This document shows positions 1 to 12,148 of a DNA stretch of 64,000 nt, one piece after another (the stretch's first letter is position 1; each line of letters begins with the position of its first letter). This stretch comes from Macrostomum lignano (lineage: Eukaryota). Location of the stretch: the NCBI GenBank assembly GCA_002269645.1, contig NIVC01000584.1, positions 97,477 through 161,476 on the forward strand. Direction: 5' to 3'. Made by a program: the position numbers and the translations under genes. The notes under the pieces were generated by a model that was given only the letters and a program-made list of their open reading frames with translations, was not told the DNA's origin and searched no databases.

Positions 1-324
1 CATCAGATTTTATAGCCATTGTCTAGGAAGAAATTAGGGATCAGTTTGCCTCAAAACATTTTAATTATATATAGTTTGCAGGCATCCTTTGGTTTCTTGA
101 GTCTAGTAGTTGCATTCTAATTTTTATCAGTCTACTTACTACACTAACTTTTGGCTTCATAAGCATATTAGTTGGATAAGGGGTTTCTGAGCAATGTCTA
201 TGGTCAAAAGGTTTTTAGCAGACCACTAGTTTGCAGTTTCATGACCTTAGCAGTTCAGCTAAAGCCTAAAAGGACAACAAGTTTAACTGATAAAGTTTAG
301 TATCCTCAAGAGGTGGCTAAGAAT

Positions 325-570
325 GGAGATTCCACTATTTGACAAGCTTCAATAAGCTGATATCCTGGTTGAAAATTGTTGACCAAGAGAGTTCAAAGAC
401 CACATAAATTATAATGCTAGTAATGACTTTAAGCAATACTTCTAAATGAACCCAGAAACATTTAATTTTCTAGTAGATTGTATTGGCCTACAGTTGGAAT
501 ACAATGCCCTGAGAAGTAGAAACCTGATTTCCCATGAGCAAACACTGAATTGCTCAGTCCATTCGACTCC
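325..570 (+). mobile_element. Decayed PIF/Harbinger-like transposase N-terminal fragment
   Basis: Translation NDFKQYF*MNPETFNFLVDCIGLQLEYNALRSRNLISHEQTL resembles the Harbinger F-x-x-YFRM-x-x-x-TF...IS-x-E-x-x-L motif, with in-frame stops. Confidence 0.45.
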
Positions 571-1149
571 ATAGCAAATCTAATCTTCTCTCACACCTTT
601 CTTTTCTTACTCTTTGCCTTAGAAACATCAGAAAAACTTGCAAACATTGACTTGTGAGCTCCCATTAGGGACAGAAAAGTTTCTTGTGTTTAATGGAGGC
701 CATTTTAATTCAAAGCCACAAAAAGCTGCTTAATATTCAGTATTTTCCTACTTGCCTTGAGAGAGCCTACATTCTTATCACATAGATGTTTTGGTGGCAC
801 AACCTTACTATTAACTAATAGTTATTATTTAGCAGCTTAGACATGAAACCAAAACTTCCTACTTGTTGGTTAGCTGCTGCAAAGTTAGTAATTGCTAACT
901 ACTAACTTAGCATTGCCTCATAAAATTTTTCCTAGAGGGAATACACATATGCACATATACTTGTGCATCTATAGTCAAGATCATATAATGTATACACTAG
1001 AAGTTACTGAAAAATATTTTCAATTGTGCACCAAGTATACTAGACAAAATACACTAGTATATGAATGTACAAGCTATGCTAGCAGTGAGTTTGAAATCTC
1101 CTAGCTCTAACTTACTCTAGCATTGACACAAATGTTTATATAAATTATA

Positions 1150-2508
1150 GTATTTCCCAGACAATTTGGTTCTAGAATCATTCAATTTAATCTGCCAGAC
1201 AGAATTCTAATTCATTCTGCTGTCACTAGAGATATGCTGTTTGATTCTATTCAATTTAATCCTAGGGGCACTAATTTTGTGTAATTATTTTAAAAGCCAT
1301 TATTAAGCAAGAATGATGACTTGGAAAGTAGCACCAGCTTTGTCAATGCTGACAGAGAAGGAAATCAGGGGTGCAGACCATATGCAAAAGTCAACAATGA
1401 GAGGTACCGTCTCATTGTGAAAGCTCTTAAGTGTGGAGAGACTTTATTGTCAATTTCTCAGTGGCTAAACATGAAAATTTAAATGGTATACTCAATAAGA
1501 AGGTGATACGAAACCACTGGCCACCAAGATTTTCTTCTCAGAGGTGGCTTGCAATATGAATAACTGGGAGAGATGCACACAAACAGGCTATTGCAAATGT
1601 TGGAAGAAAATCTACTTTTAATGCTGAGTCAAATGCAACATGATCTTTAACAATCTCATGGAATGGAAGTTAGCAAAAGTACCATTGCTCGGAAGCTTGA
1701 CAAGCAATTGTTTACAATGAAGTGCTTGGTAAGGTACACAGATATGCCAGCAGCCAGGAACAGCCCCAAAAACATTGCAAGGAGACGTGAGCATGACAAA
1801 TGGCTGCTAGGTCTACCAGCTGATTGCCATTTGATTTAAGTCAATGAAACAGGTTTTAATCTGTGGACGCCACGTGGTCAAGGCCATAGGTGACGGGGTC
1901 AACAAGTGTGCCAAGTTGTTCATACACAATGTGGTGTCCAAGTGAACATTTTTCAAGCTATATCCCATACCCTGACCTACTGCACCATGAGATTATTGCT
2001 GAGACAATGATTGCTCAAAAGTTTTAGGGCTGCATCAATTGATATCTTGCGAAGATGTGAATGTTAGTGCTCACCATGATGTACGTCACTAGTAGCAGTT
2101 CTACATTGTAATGGATGGGGCCAGATTTTACAATGGGGTTAAAATTCCAGCAATGTTCCAGCACAATTGGTAGGTTGTAGTGCTTCCACCCTACTTGCCA
2201 TTTTTTAACATAGTAGAATCTGCTCACAGCTGTTTAAAAGCCACAATCAAGCAGCAGCTGGCACTTCTGACAGTCAAAGTCAACCTAAATGTTCCATCTC
2301 CACCAATGACTCATGCCAATGGTAAGTAAGAGTAAAAGTAAGAGCTTTTAAAATATTATACGCAAAATTAGTGCCTCCAGGATTACATTGAGTGGAACAA
2401 AACAGCATATTTGGCCATAGACATATCTTCAGTGACGGCAGAATGAATTAGGTTTCTCTTTTATGGATTAAATTAAGTGATTCTAGAACCAAATTGACTG
2501 GGAAATGC
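1150..2508 (+). mobile_element. Decayed Tc1/mariner-IS630 (DDE_3-type) DNA transposon with TIRs
   Basis: 31-bp TIRs at 1150-1180 and 2478-2508 (2 mismatches), each flanked by TA. Remnant HTH at ~1381-1500 (GETLLSISQWLNMKI*MVYSI), NETGFNLWT at 1843, IVMDGARF at 2105 and LPPYLPFFNIVE ending 2218. Multiple stops and frameshifts. Confidence 0.85.
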
Positions 2509-3308
2509 TATATTAAAATTATAATATTTTTATACAGCTTTATATAGCTCTTTTTTATCCTTTATATATTTATAATATATTTGCAAAACAATTGGTAAAA
2601 TACATATTTAAAACTTCATAATATAAACTTTCCTATTTTATAAACATTAATTTTTTATAATTTTAAATATGATTTATTGATTTTTTCTTTTTGAGTTTAT
2701 ACAAATAGTGTTTAATCAATCTGGTAACAGTCAAAATAGCAACAGTCAATCTGGCAACAAGGTCTAGTAAGAGGCTATACATATATATATATCAATTGGC
2801 TATTGGCAGTTAAACATTAGAAAGCTTTGATTGTTATAATTACTAATAATTGTTATTATTGTTTTTTATTATTAATACTTAATACTATTTATTTTTATAA
2901 TAGAGTATACAAAAATAGTTTTAAGGATTAAAAATTGGAATAGGATTAGATTAGAAAACTATGGGTTGGTTCAAAATGCATAGTTTATAACGTGTTTTCT
3001 TATAATGATATTGCTTTAAAAATGGCAAACTATATTAGATTGATGCATTCTTTATTATTTTTACTAGATGCCATATATAAGTTTTATAATCAAATACATT
3101 ATTATATTAAAATGTTTGATAAAACTTTAAATTATGTTAGAAATGTAGACTTTATATACCATTTTTATTAGAAAAGATATTAGCCATCTTAAAATGAATT
3201 ATTTATATATAAAATTTAAAATTGTATTCATATAAAGTTTGGTTTGTATTTGAAATATATAAAATCTATAATGCAAAATCACATCATCATTCATCACATC
3301 ATCATCAC

Positions 3309-3349
3309 AATATACTAAATCTCTAAGATCTGTCTGACCGGTATTCTAG
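3309..3349 (+). mobile_element. Mini-Helitron-like remnant (5'-truncated), ends CTAG|T
   Basis: AATATACTAAATCTCTAAG is shared with the copies at 25631 and 42738; ends ccggtattCTAG followed by T. Confidence 0.45.
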
Positions 3350-3814
3350 TCTACAGCCTGAATGCCTGAACTGATTTTTTTCAAACTTGCTTTATTCAAT
3401 TGCAAATTATTGTGAGATTGTGTGGATATAATTGCATTGAAGAATTTGAATGGGAAGATGGTTAAATATTCAAAAACGAGTTTTCCCAATGCTTTCAATG
3501 GGAGGCAAGAAAAGGTCAACATCTTGACTAACTGAATAGCAATTCCAATTAAGATTGTGCCACAACTTTTCTCTGTTCACTGTGTACGCCCCAATACTGG
3601 CTGCAATAAGGGAGAGGAAAATAATGCTCAGTGGCAGCGTGTGTACATTTTGCTCTGGCTGACTGCATAGACAATTGCTATTTATAGATTTCACTTAATT
3701 GTGCATTGGCTCTGCCTGCACACAACCTGTGCACACTGAGCAGCCTATCACTGCTATGTATTTGACTGCAGTGCCGAAGCATATATGGCTGATTTTTGCA
3801 TCCTCCTATCAGTA

Positions 3815-3895
3815 GGCGGAATAGCCGCAGTGTAGGCACTAGGACTAGGTTTAGGCTAGGCATAAGGTCCAAGGTTCGAGTCTGCCTCCTCGGTG
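3815..3895 (+). mobile_element. Possible tRNA-derived SINE head (degenerate)
   Basis: A-box-like TAGCCGCAGTGTAGG and B-box GGTTCGAGTC (3873-3882); no clean cloverleaf. Confidence 0.3.
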
Positions 3896-4119
3896 GATGA
3901 TTAAAATTAAATTAATTTATTCATTTATATATAGCTTCGGGCTCAACTAATAGGAATATTTTTGTTGAATTTGTAAGGCACACCTAATGAATAATTTTTG
4001 CTAATTTACTAAGCAAATCTGATTTATAAAAAACTGCTTCGAGTATTACTCATTGCATCAATGGGTATTGCCTAGCTCCATGAAAGTATCAAATTGCTAA
4101 GCTGCTAATTTTTTTGTTA

Positions 4120-5470
4120 AAATGAAGGCTGAATTGTGAAAAAACTGCCAATATGTATGGAAAATTTATTAGTGAACCGTAATAAATGCTGAGAAAAAAT
4201 TTAGATTCTTGAAAGGATCCTTTATTTCAGTTTGCTGAGGATACTGAGGAGCTGGCTGAGAGGAGAACTGCAAACTGCTGAGGGGAACTACAGATTGGCG
4301 AAAGGGTCATTAATGCAGACTGCAAAGGGACAAACTGAAAACTGCTGAAAGGGGACACACTGAAAACTGCTGAGGTAGTTTCTCTTGACTTACAAGCCTA
4401 TAGCTGAAAACTGCTGAGGTAGTTCCTCCCGACTTACAAGCCTATAGCTGAAAACTGCTGAGGTAGTTCCTCCCGACTTACAAGCCTATAGCTGAAACTG
4501 CTGAAGGGGGCTGCTTGGAGGATTCGTAGACTTCTGAGCAAGACAACTCTTAGAGAAGATAGGATAGCAAGACATCAGTTTCAAAACTGTACAGTTTAAA
4601 TAATTAAGTTCAGGTTGTTTAGTGGATTACTGTGGATTGCTGAGTGGATTATTGTGGTTTGCTGACGGGATAGTTTTGGGCTGCTGAGGGGATAAATGCT
4701 TATGTTAATGAAAGTTATAGACTGCAATGGGATAACTCCAGGCTGCTAAGATAATGACTGCAGTCTATTTTGTGGGATTAGAACGGATAACTTCAGGTTG
4801 TTGTGGGCATATCTCAGGAATTGCTGAGATGTCATGGCTTTTTGGGGCAATTTCTGAGATTTCAAGGCCCATGGGAAATTGCTGATATTCCATGGCTTAC
4901 TGGAAGAATTGCTTGAATTGAGGTTTCAAAGGCTTTTAAGGGGGAAGTGCTAAGATTGCTTTCTTGTGGGAGATGCTTGCTATTTAGGAATGAAGGTATT
5001 GCTTAATGCTGATTTGTGCAAAACACTGCGGATATGTATCGAAAATTGATTAGTGAACCGTACTAAATTGTTAGGAAATTTTTATTGTTGAAAATATCAT
5101 TGCAATTTGCTAAGCAGGAAACTGAGGAGCCGGCCGACAGAAGAACTGCAGATTGTCAAAAGGATCATTGCAGACTGCAAAGGGGACAAACTGCAAACTG
5201 CTAAGATAGTTCATCCAGACATATAGATCATATCCTCTCGAGGATTATATCATAGATGTAAAGATGTGGGATGTGCAGACGGAGTTCCTCCAGACCATAT
5301 TCAGAAACAATGATATGATCTTTGCTCCAGACTTATGAGCATATAGCTGCAAACTGCTGAGATGGTAACTGTGGGCTACTGTGGACTACTGCTGAGTAAA
5401 TATTGTTTGCTGTGGGGACAATTCTAGGCCGCTAGAGTATGACTGAAGTCTTTTTTGGGATTGGAAGGGA
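4120..5470. repeat. Two diverged direct copies of an ~880-bp unit
   Basis: ...aaaactgc..atatgtat..aaaatt.attagtgaaccgta.taaat.. occurs at ~4141 and ~5021, and the downstream gaggagc.ggc.ga.agaagaactgca blocks are also duplicated. Confidence 0.7.
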
Positions 5471-5489
5471 TAATTTCAGGTGGAGACAT

Positions 5490-5935
5490 CTCAGGAATTG
5501 CTGAGATGGCAAGGCTTATTAGTTGAATTGCTGAGATGTCATGGGTTTTTTGGGGTAATTTCTGAGATTTCAAGGCTCATGGGAATTGCTGAGATGTCAA
5601 GACTTACTGGGGTAATTGCTGAGATGTCAAGGCTTCTTAGAGGAATTGCTGAGATGTCAAGGCTTACTGGGGGAATTGCTGAGATGTCGAGGCTTACTGA
5701 GGGAATTACTGACATTTCAAGGCTTACTCGGGGAATTGCTGAGATGTTAAAGCTTATTGGCCTGGGAGAATTGCATAGATGTCAAGGCTTACTCGGGAAT
5801 TGCTGCGATGTTGATGCTTACTGAGGGAATTTCTGGGACGTCAAGGCCTACTGGGGGAATTGCTGAGATGTCAAGGCTCATGGGGATGGCTGAATTGTTG
5901 AGATATCAAGGCTCATGCGGAATGGCTGAATAGTT
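5490..5935. repeat. ~30-bp minisatellite (gaattgctgagatgtcaaggcttactggg)
   Basis: Visible tandem units; explains ORF 5480-5824. Confidence 0.85.
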
Positions 5936-6839
5936 GGGGGGAGGTGGTTAGGTTGTTGAGCGATTGTCAGATCGTCAAGTAGTATGGCTTAAGTAGCTCA
6001 TTTAATTCAGATAATAAAATAGTACACATAAGTGATGCTGAATTTTGCTGATAGGAAATACCAGGGTATTTATTAAAAGTTTGATTCTTTGAGTTAGGCT
6101 AATAAAGAGGGGTGTCAAAGGCCGTCAGGGATTGGCATATTGAGCTCCTACTGTGGACCAGAATATGCCCAGGCCAATGACGATATGCTTTAAGAGTTTG
6201 TGCTTGAAAGGATAAGCACTATTTGCTGATTGAAAAAGGGTTTTGGGCTGATGAAGGAAACAATTTTTCTGGTGAAAGTTTTGACTCATGGCAATTTATT
6301 TTTTTTCAAAATGAGAAAAGGTAATTTTTAATTAATGGAAATGGAAATTAATGGTTACTGTTGGCTTAAAATAAAAACCATTTGGTGTCATTTTAAAACC
6401 CCCCAGCGGGGGGCTAAATGGCTAGTCAATTGCTAAATGTCTTTTGCCAATATGATTATCGCCAGTTTGACTAGTAGCCATATAAACAAAAGTAACAGTG
6501 CAGCCTATTCTAGATTGTGAATAAACTATGTATATGTGCTATAAATATATTGCATACTATGTATCAAAATTCAAGCATATATATGCTTCAAGACTTCAAA
6601 TAAAAATTGGATATTCTTTTTTGACTTACTATATCTTTAGCTTAATTATTTCTTTATGTCAATTTTTTTATAAGATACCTAAATCCTAATAGAAAATAAT
6701 AATAATTGAAACAAACTGAGTTTATTTTTGTGCAGTGTGTGTATGTACCTTAAATTTTAAAATTGCACCCTGAAATTGAAATGTAGGTACAGTTTAGGTG
6801 CGGTCTTATAACCTATTTTTTCTATTAAAGCCTCATTTG

Positions 6840-7312
6840 GGCATAGTTCTAGTTTACTTTGCAATATTATTTTTATGTGTTTTTTTGCATTTACATAGCA
6901 TATTCTGCATCTGTATCAAAACCACAACCCTTTCAACTTAATCTATACAATGGCCGGCTGCCCAGCTGCCCTGACATTGACCATCCAATAGAGCTAGGTG
7001 GACCTGGTCGCACCTTGGTCTTTGCCAAGAGGCACCTGCGTGCAATGCACGATACAAGCGATGCACTCTTCAAGAGTCATCTTGATGAATATATCTGGCG
7101 CCGCCTGTACTCTAACAATGCATTCGGTGCCATGCTTTACTAGAATTCCATGTATTATTCTATTTAAATGACTTGGCAACTTCAACTGACTGTTTTTCTG
7201 ACTTGTGACACTTGAGCCAAACCTGGAAAGTGACAAAAACAGGGTGAAATAATTTAGCGAAAGGCAGAATAATATCACGAAGTAGGCCCCTAAACTAGAA
7301 CTATGCTATGCC
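6840..7312 (+). mobile_element. Non-autonomous Merlin/IS1595-like element carrying a transposase C-terminal fragment
   Basis: TIR ggcatagttctagttta / taaactagaactatgc(tatg)cc and 8-bp TSD CTCATTTG / TTCATTTG (1 mismatch). Internal TWSH + AKRHLRAMHDTSDALFKSHLDEYIWRRLYSNNAFGAML matches the IS1595/Merlin C-terminal W-x-x-x-KR...L-x-E-x-x-WRR pattern. Confidence 0.65.
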
Positions 7313-8527
7313 TTCATTTGCATTTGGCGATTTGCACTGCCTTAAAATAAGAAAAAAGAGAAATTGCACTTTGAGCCTTAAAATTGCACCATGAAAATGA
7401 GCATAGGGTGCAATTTTGCACCTTGTCTCTGGCAAAAAAGAAAACCCTGGAAACACTTTTGGCTAAGACTTTTGGCTGAGACTAAGAGCAGTCACATGAA
7501 TATTATTCAATCCAATTGCGACTTACAATATGTGTATGCTCTCAATTGAAATGGCTAGGTGAATCCCAAGGTTACAACCAAGCCAGCATGATTCCAAACT
7601 AAGCCTATCAATTCACATCACAATCACAATTACCTAACAGAGGTGACAGAATAAAATCATCAGTTTAAATAGATTTAAAAGTCTGTGACTTCTAAAAAAC
7701 ACACTAGGGCCTAGTACAAAAGTTTTAATTATTTATTTCGAACAAACAATGCACTTCCGACACTGTCTAAACTATGCTATCTTTTTGAAGAAAGAATAAA
7801 TTGACTTAAATTGAAATTCCAATGCAAAATTGCTTTGACCTAACGCAGAAGCAATTCGCTGGGATTTTGAGAAACGTAGGCCTACTAGAATTCTGCTCAG
7901 ACTTATGATTAAAATAGTGTTACAAAGTTCTTAAAGTTGAACATTTTTTATTTTGTAGTTCTGGCTTTGAAAAGACGGAAACGAGCTTAGTACTAGCAGG
8001 TCAGGCAGCACCTAAGGTAGGTGTTAAGGTAAGGTTAAAAAATGAGTACTTTCAACAAATAAAAAATGTAGTGTCTGAATAAAATAAAAAAGTAGGTTTA
8101 AACAAATTTTTTACTTTAAAAGTATTTCTAACGATTGATAGAAAAGAAGTAGCACTTAAAGTTTCTTTTTACAAAAAAAACAAAACAATGGGTTCTACTT
8201 TTTGTAGGTTTGTTTTCTAGCTTTGTTACAATTTGACAACAGACAACAATTCTGTGCTGTCTGTGACTTTTAATATAATGAATGATGAAGGTATGGAGTG
8301 GAGGATCGTTTCTGTTTTATTTGTGTTGTACTGCTAAGTTTATTAATTAATAATAAGCGCTCATGCTAAAATACATTAAGTCTGTTAAATTCGTAAGCCT
8401 ATATTCCAGGCTAGGACCTAGGGCGAAGTCTTGTTTTGAAAGGATTTGATTTGAGTTAGATCTTTGTTTTGTTGTTTTGTTAAGAACTGTAGTAGTAGAC
8501 CTAGGCCTACCCTATTATTTTGATAAC

Positions 8528-11500
8528 ATGAAGATGGACTTTCTTCAGCTTATTCCATCTAGTACCTTGGATGTTTTATTACGTGTTCCTTTTCTTTTTA
8601 TTATTGATAATACATTGAACACAGAACTCCCTTCTATCATTCGAACGCAACATGTTGAAGCTGTTCAGTCTGTTGATCGTTTATCTGGAAATGGCTCTAA
8701 GTTAAACAGAGAGCAATATAAGCTTTGCTTGCTTAAAGACATTGGCAAAGATACCCTATCATTGTTTGATAGATTCTTTGAGAATACTATAAACATAGAT
8801 GATTGTCCACCTCAGTCATTAGTGTTCTTTTTAGTTATTATCATCCCTTTGTTTAGCTTTATATTCAAATCAGCTGGTAAGTCTTATTGACTTATTTTTA
8901 TGTAGCTTAAATATAATATATTTATTATTTAGCTAATATAATTAATCTGGCATTCCTTTGGTTTACAATCATTTTTCCACGTATATTTCGGTTCACGATC
9001 CCCATGTAATTTTCCATATAAATGATTGTAGCTTGCTTGAAATAAGCAAAATTGTTAAACTAACTGAGCTTATATGTTACATATTAGAAAAACTAAACAG
9101 AATAGCCAACAAATGGTTACTTTCATGGCATTGCAATGGCAATAACGAGGATCCTATATATCCACTTTAGTTTACGATCATTTAAATGGAAATAATACAT
9201 GTAAATGATCATGAACCAAAGCTAGCCATGTATTGAGATAGCTAGTTGAGAGGATTAGTGCATGAATTTAATTTCCAAAAATGAATCCGAGAAGATGATC
9301 CTATATATGGCGAAATCCAAAAACGTGGGATAAAACGGTAAAACAAATCTGCAGACATTCGATGGAAAGTAATGAAGACTTGTAGGCCTTAGAGAAGGCT
9401 AATTTTTTTACTACTTACAAAACAGAAAGTAATCTGTGTTTTACTTTTTATTCAAGTCAAAAAGATGAAGTATTTCTAAGGATTTCAAAGTTTTTCTAAA
9501 ACCATATAAACTCGCAAAAATTCATACATATATAAAGTGCAAAGTTTGCCAGCAAACATCTTTCTCTAAAAGTAAATATATCGCTAATTCCTTGTTGCAA
9601 AATAATCTTTAAGTTGTTTTCTTTCATTTAAATATTAACTTGCATAGTATTAGTATTTGTAATATGCCTATATTTAGACTTAAAAATTTTGGGTAAAAAA
9701 TGGTACCACAAAATGTGAACCCGGCATCCAAATCAGATGCTTACTGTATGCTCATTAAGCAACGAAGAACAATGAAATTACACTAAAACATGTATCATTG
9801 CGGTGTATATGCAGGAAAAAAAGAATTTTCCAAATTGCTTTAGTAGAAGCTGAGTAAAATGCAATTTTCCAATCCTTATGGGAATTCCAATGTGTTACCC
9901 GGCTTCCAAATCAGACGCTTACTGTATGCTCATTAAGCGACGAGGAACAATGAAATTACACTAAAACATGTATCATCGTGGCGTGTATGCAGGAAAAAAA
10001 GAATTTTCCAAATCGCTTTAGTAGAAGCTGAGTAAAATGCAATTTTCCAATCCTTATGGGAATTCCAATGTGTTACCCAACTTCCAAATCAGATGCTTAC
10101 TGTATGCTCATTAAGCGACGAGGAACAATGAAATTACACTAAAACATGTATCATCGTGGCGTGAATGCAGGAAAAAAAGAATTTTCCAAATCGCTTTAGT
10201 AGAAGCTGAATAAAATGCAAGTTTCTGATCCTTACGGAAATTTGTATGTTTAAATAATAAACTTACATTGAACACAACTTATTGCAAACGAACTCTAAAA
10301 AATACACGTTGTCAAGAGTAACGAAAGTGATAAACAAATAAACCCTTGATAATAATGTTAAATATGTTGTAGAATTATAGAGTGTAACATTATAAGATAG
10401 TTAAAGTTATTAAAATACATTATTATAGCTTTTCTATCATTTTCATTAGACTCATTTTGGGTCGTAATTAAACTTACCGTTTTAACAAATCATTTTATTA
10501 AAAATAAAGCTATACAAAAATAATTTGTGCTTTAATAGACTTTTTTACCTTTTAAAAACTTGAATAAATTAATTTTATAGCTTTATTGCTTTCAAATTGC
10601 CAAAAAACGAATTTTCATAAAACTTGCCCCCGATTTTTGGATTTCACCATATATATCCACTTCGGTTTACAATCATTTAAATGGGAGTAATACATGTAGA
10701 TGATCTTGAACCAAAGCTAGCCATGTATCGAGACAGTTATGATTTCAGTGCATGATTTCAATTTCCAAAAATGAATCCAAGAAGACGCGGGATCCTATAT
10801 ATCCACTTCGGTTTACGATCATTTAAATAGAAGCAATGCATATAAATGATTGTGAACCGAAGCTAGCCATGTATTGAGATAGCTACAAGCTTTATCTGAA
10901 ATCAAGCCCTATCTCGATACATGGCTAGTTTCAGTTCACGATTATTTATATGCATTGCTTCCATTTAAATGATTGTGTACCGAAGCTGAGGGGGGTGTTG
11001 AAGACATGTATAGTCATAGTTATTAGTTCAACTGGTGGGACTTGTTGGCAATTAAAATGTCTTGAGTTAATGTGCACTGCTAAGTAACTTGACGCTTTAT
11101 TATTCTCTTCAACATTTATTACATTTAGATTAATAGAACAATTAGAACATTTAGATTACATTTAGATTTAGATTAAATTTTAGATTAAACATTTATTCTA
11201 TGTTTAATTATTTCCAAAATTATTTTGCCCTCTATTCAAGGGTGGTGGGGGGTGGGGGTTGGAATTAAATGAACAATTTGAGAAGATAGCCAAATGTTCT
11301 TTTATCTATATAGCTAATATTAAAGCAAATTTATTTTATAAGTTTTTTAAAGTTTCTTGAAATAAAAAATGCTAAGAAGATCTGGTAATTTTATATTAAA
11401 GCTTATAATTGTTGATATAAAACTGCATTCAATTTAAATAAATTTGATATATAAACATTTGACTTTAAGAATGAATAAACATTGAATAAACATTTCTTAG

Positions 11501-12112
11501 AAAGCATGTTTAGATTTAGCATAGTAAAAATAGGAGCGAATATAGTCCACTTTGGCGACAAACAATTTAGGCAAAAACCATTTTGACAATAGCCATTTCA
11601 GCAACAGCGTAAGCAATAAATGAAAGCAAGGGCAGGAGGGGGGGCTGGTGGTTATTCTTAGCATGTACAGCTATAGTGGAGGGTGGGGAAGTCCGGCTGG
11701 CAAGAAGAAAAACTCTAGAGAGCCTGCTGGCTATATGCGCTGTCCTCAATTTACCTGCATCAAAGTTAAGATGGTTATTAAGTATAGTTTGGTGGGTACA
11801 TGCAGCCAATGCATTCTATACACAAATTGTAGGAGGCTATAGATGATAATGGACTTTTCTAGGAACAGAAAAGAATGGGCAATGAGCATAAGGAGGACTA
11901 GATTTGTTTTTTTATTTCTTACTGCTTTGTTTTAGCTTTGTGATGACTTTGACTTTGACTTTACTTTTAAAATTAAAATAAATGCATTATTGATGCTGTT
12001 GCCAAAATGGCTGTTGCTGATTTAACTTGTCACCAAAATGGTTGTTGCTGAAGTGGTTTGTTGCCAAAGTGGACTGATACCATGCCAATGGATAGGACAA
12101 CCCTAAAAGAAG

Positions 12113-12148
<36 letters not shown>

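Noticed and set aside
6100-6300. Possible Harbinger DDE fragment (PSGIGILSSYCGP...LLIEKGF)
   Set aside because: The similarity is vague and needs a frameshift; not supportable without an HMM search.
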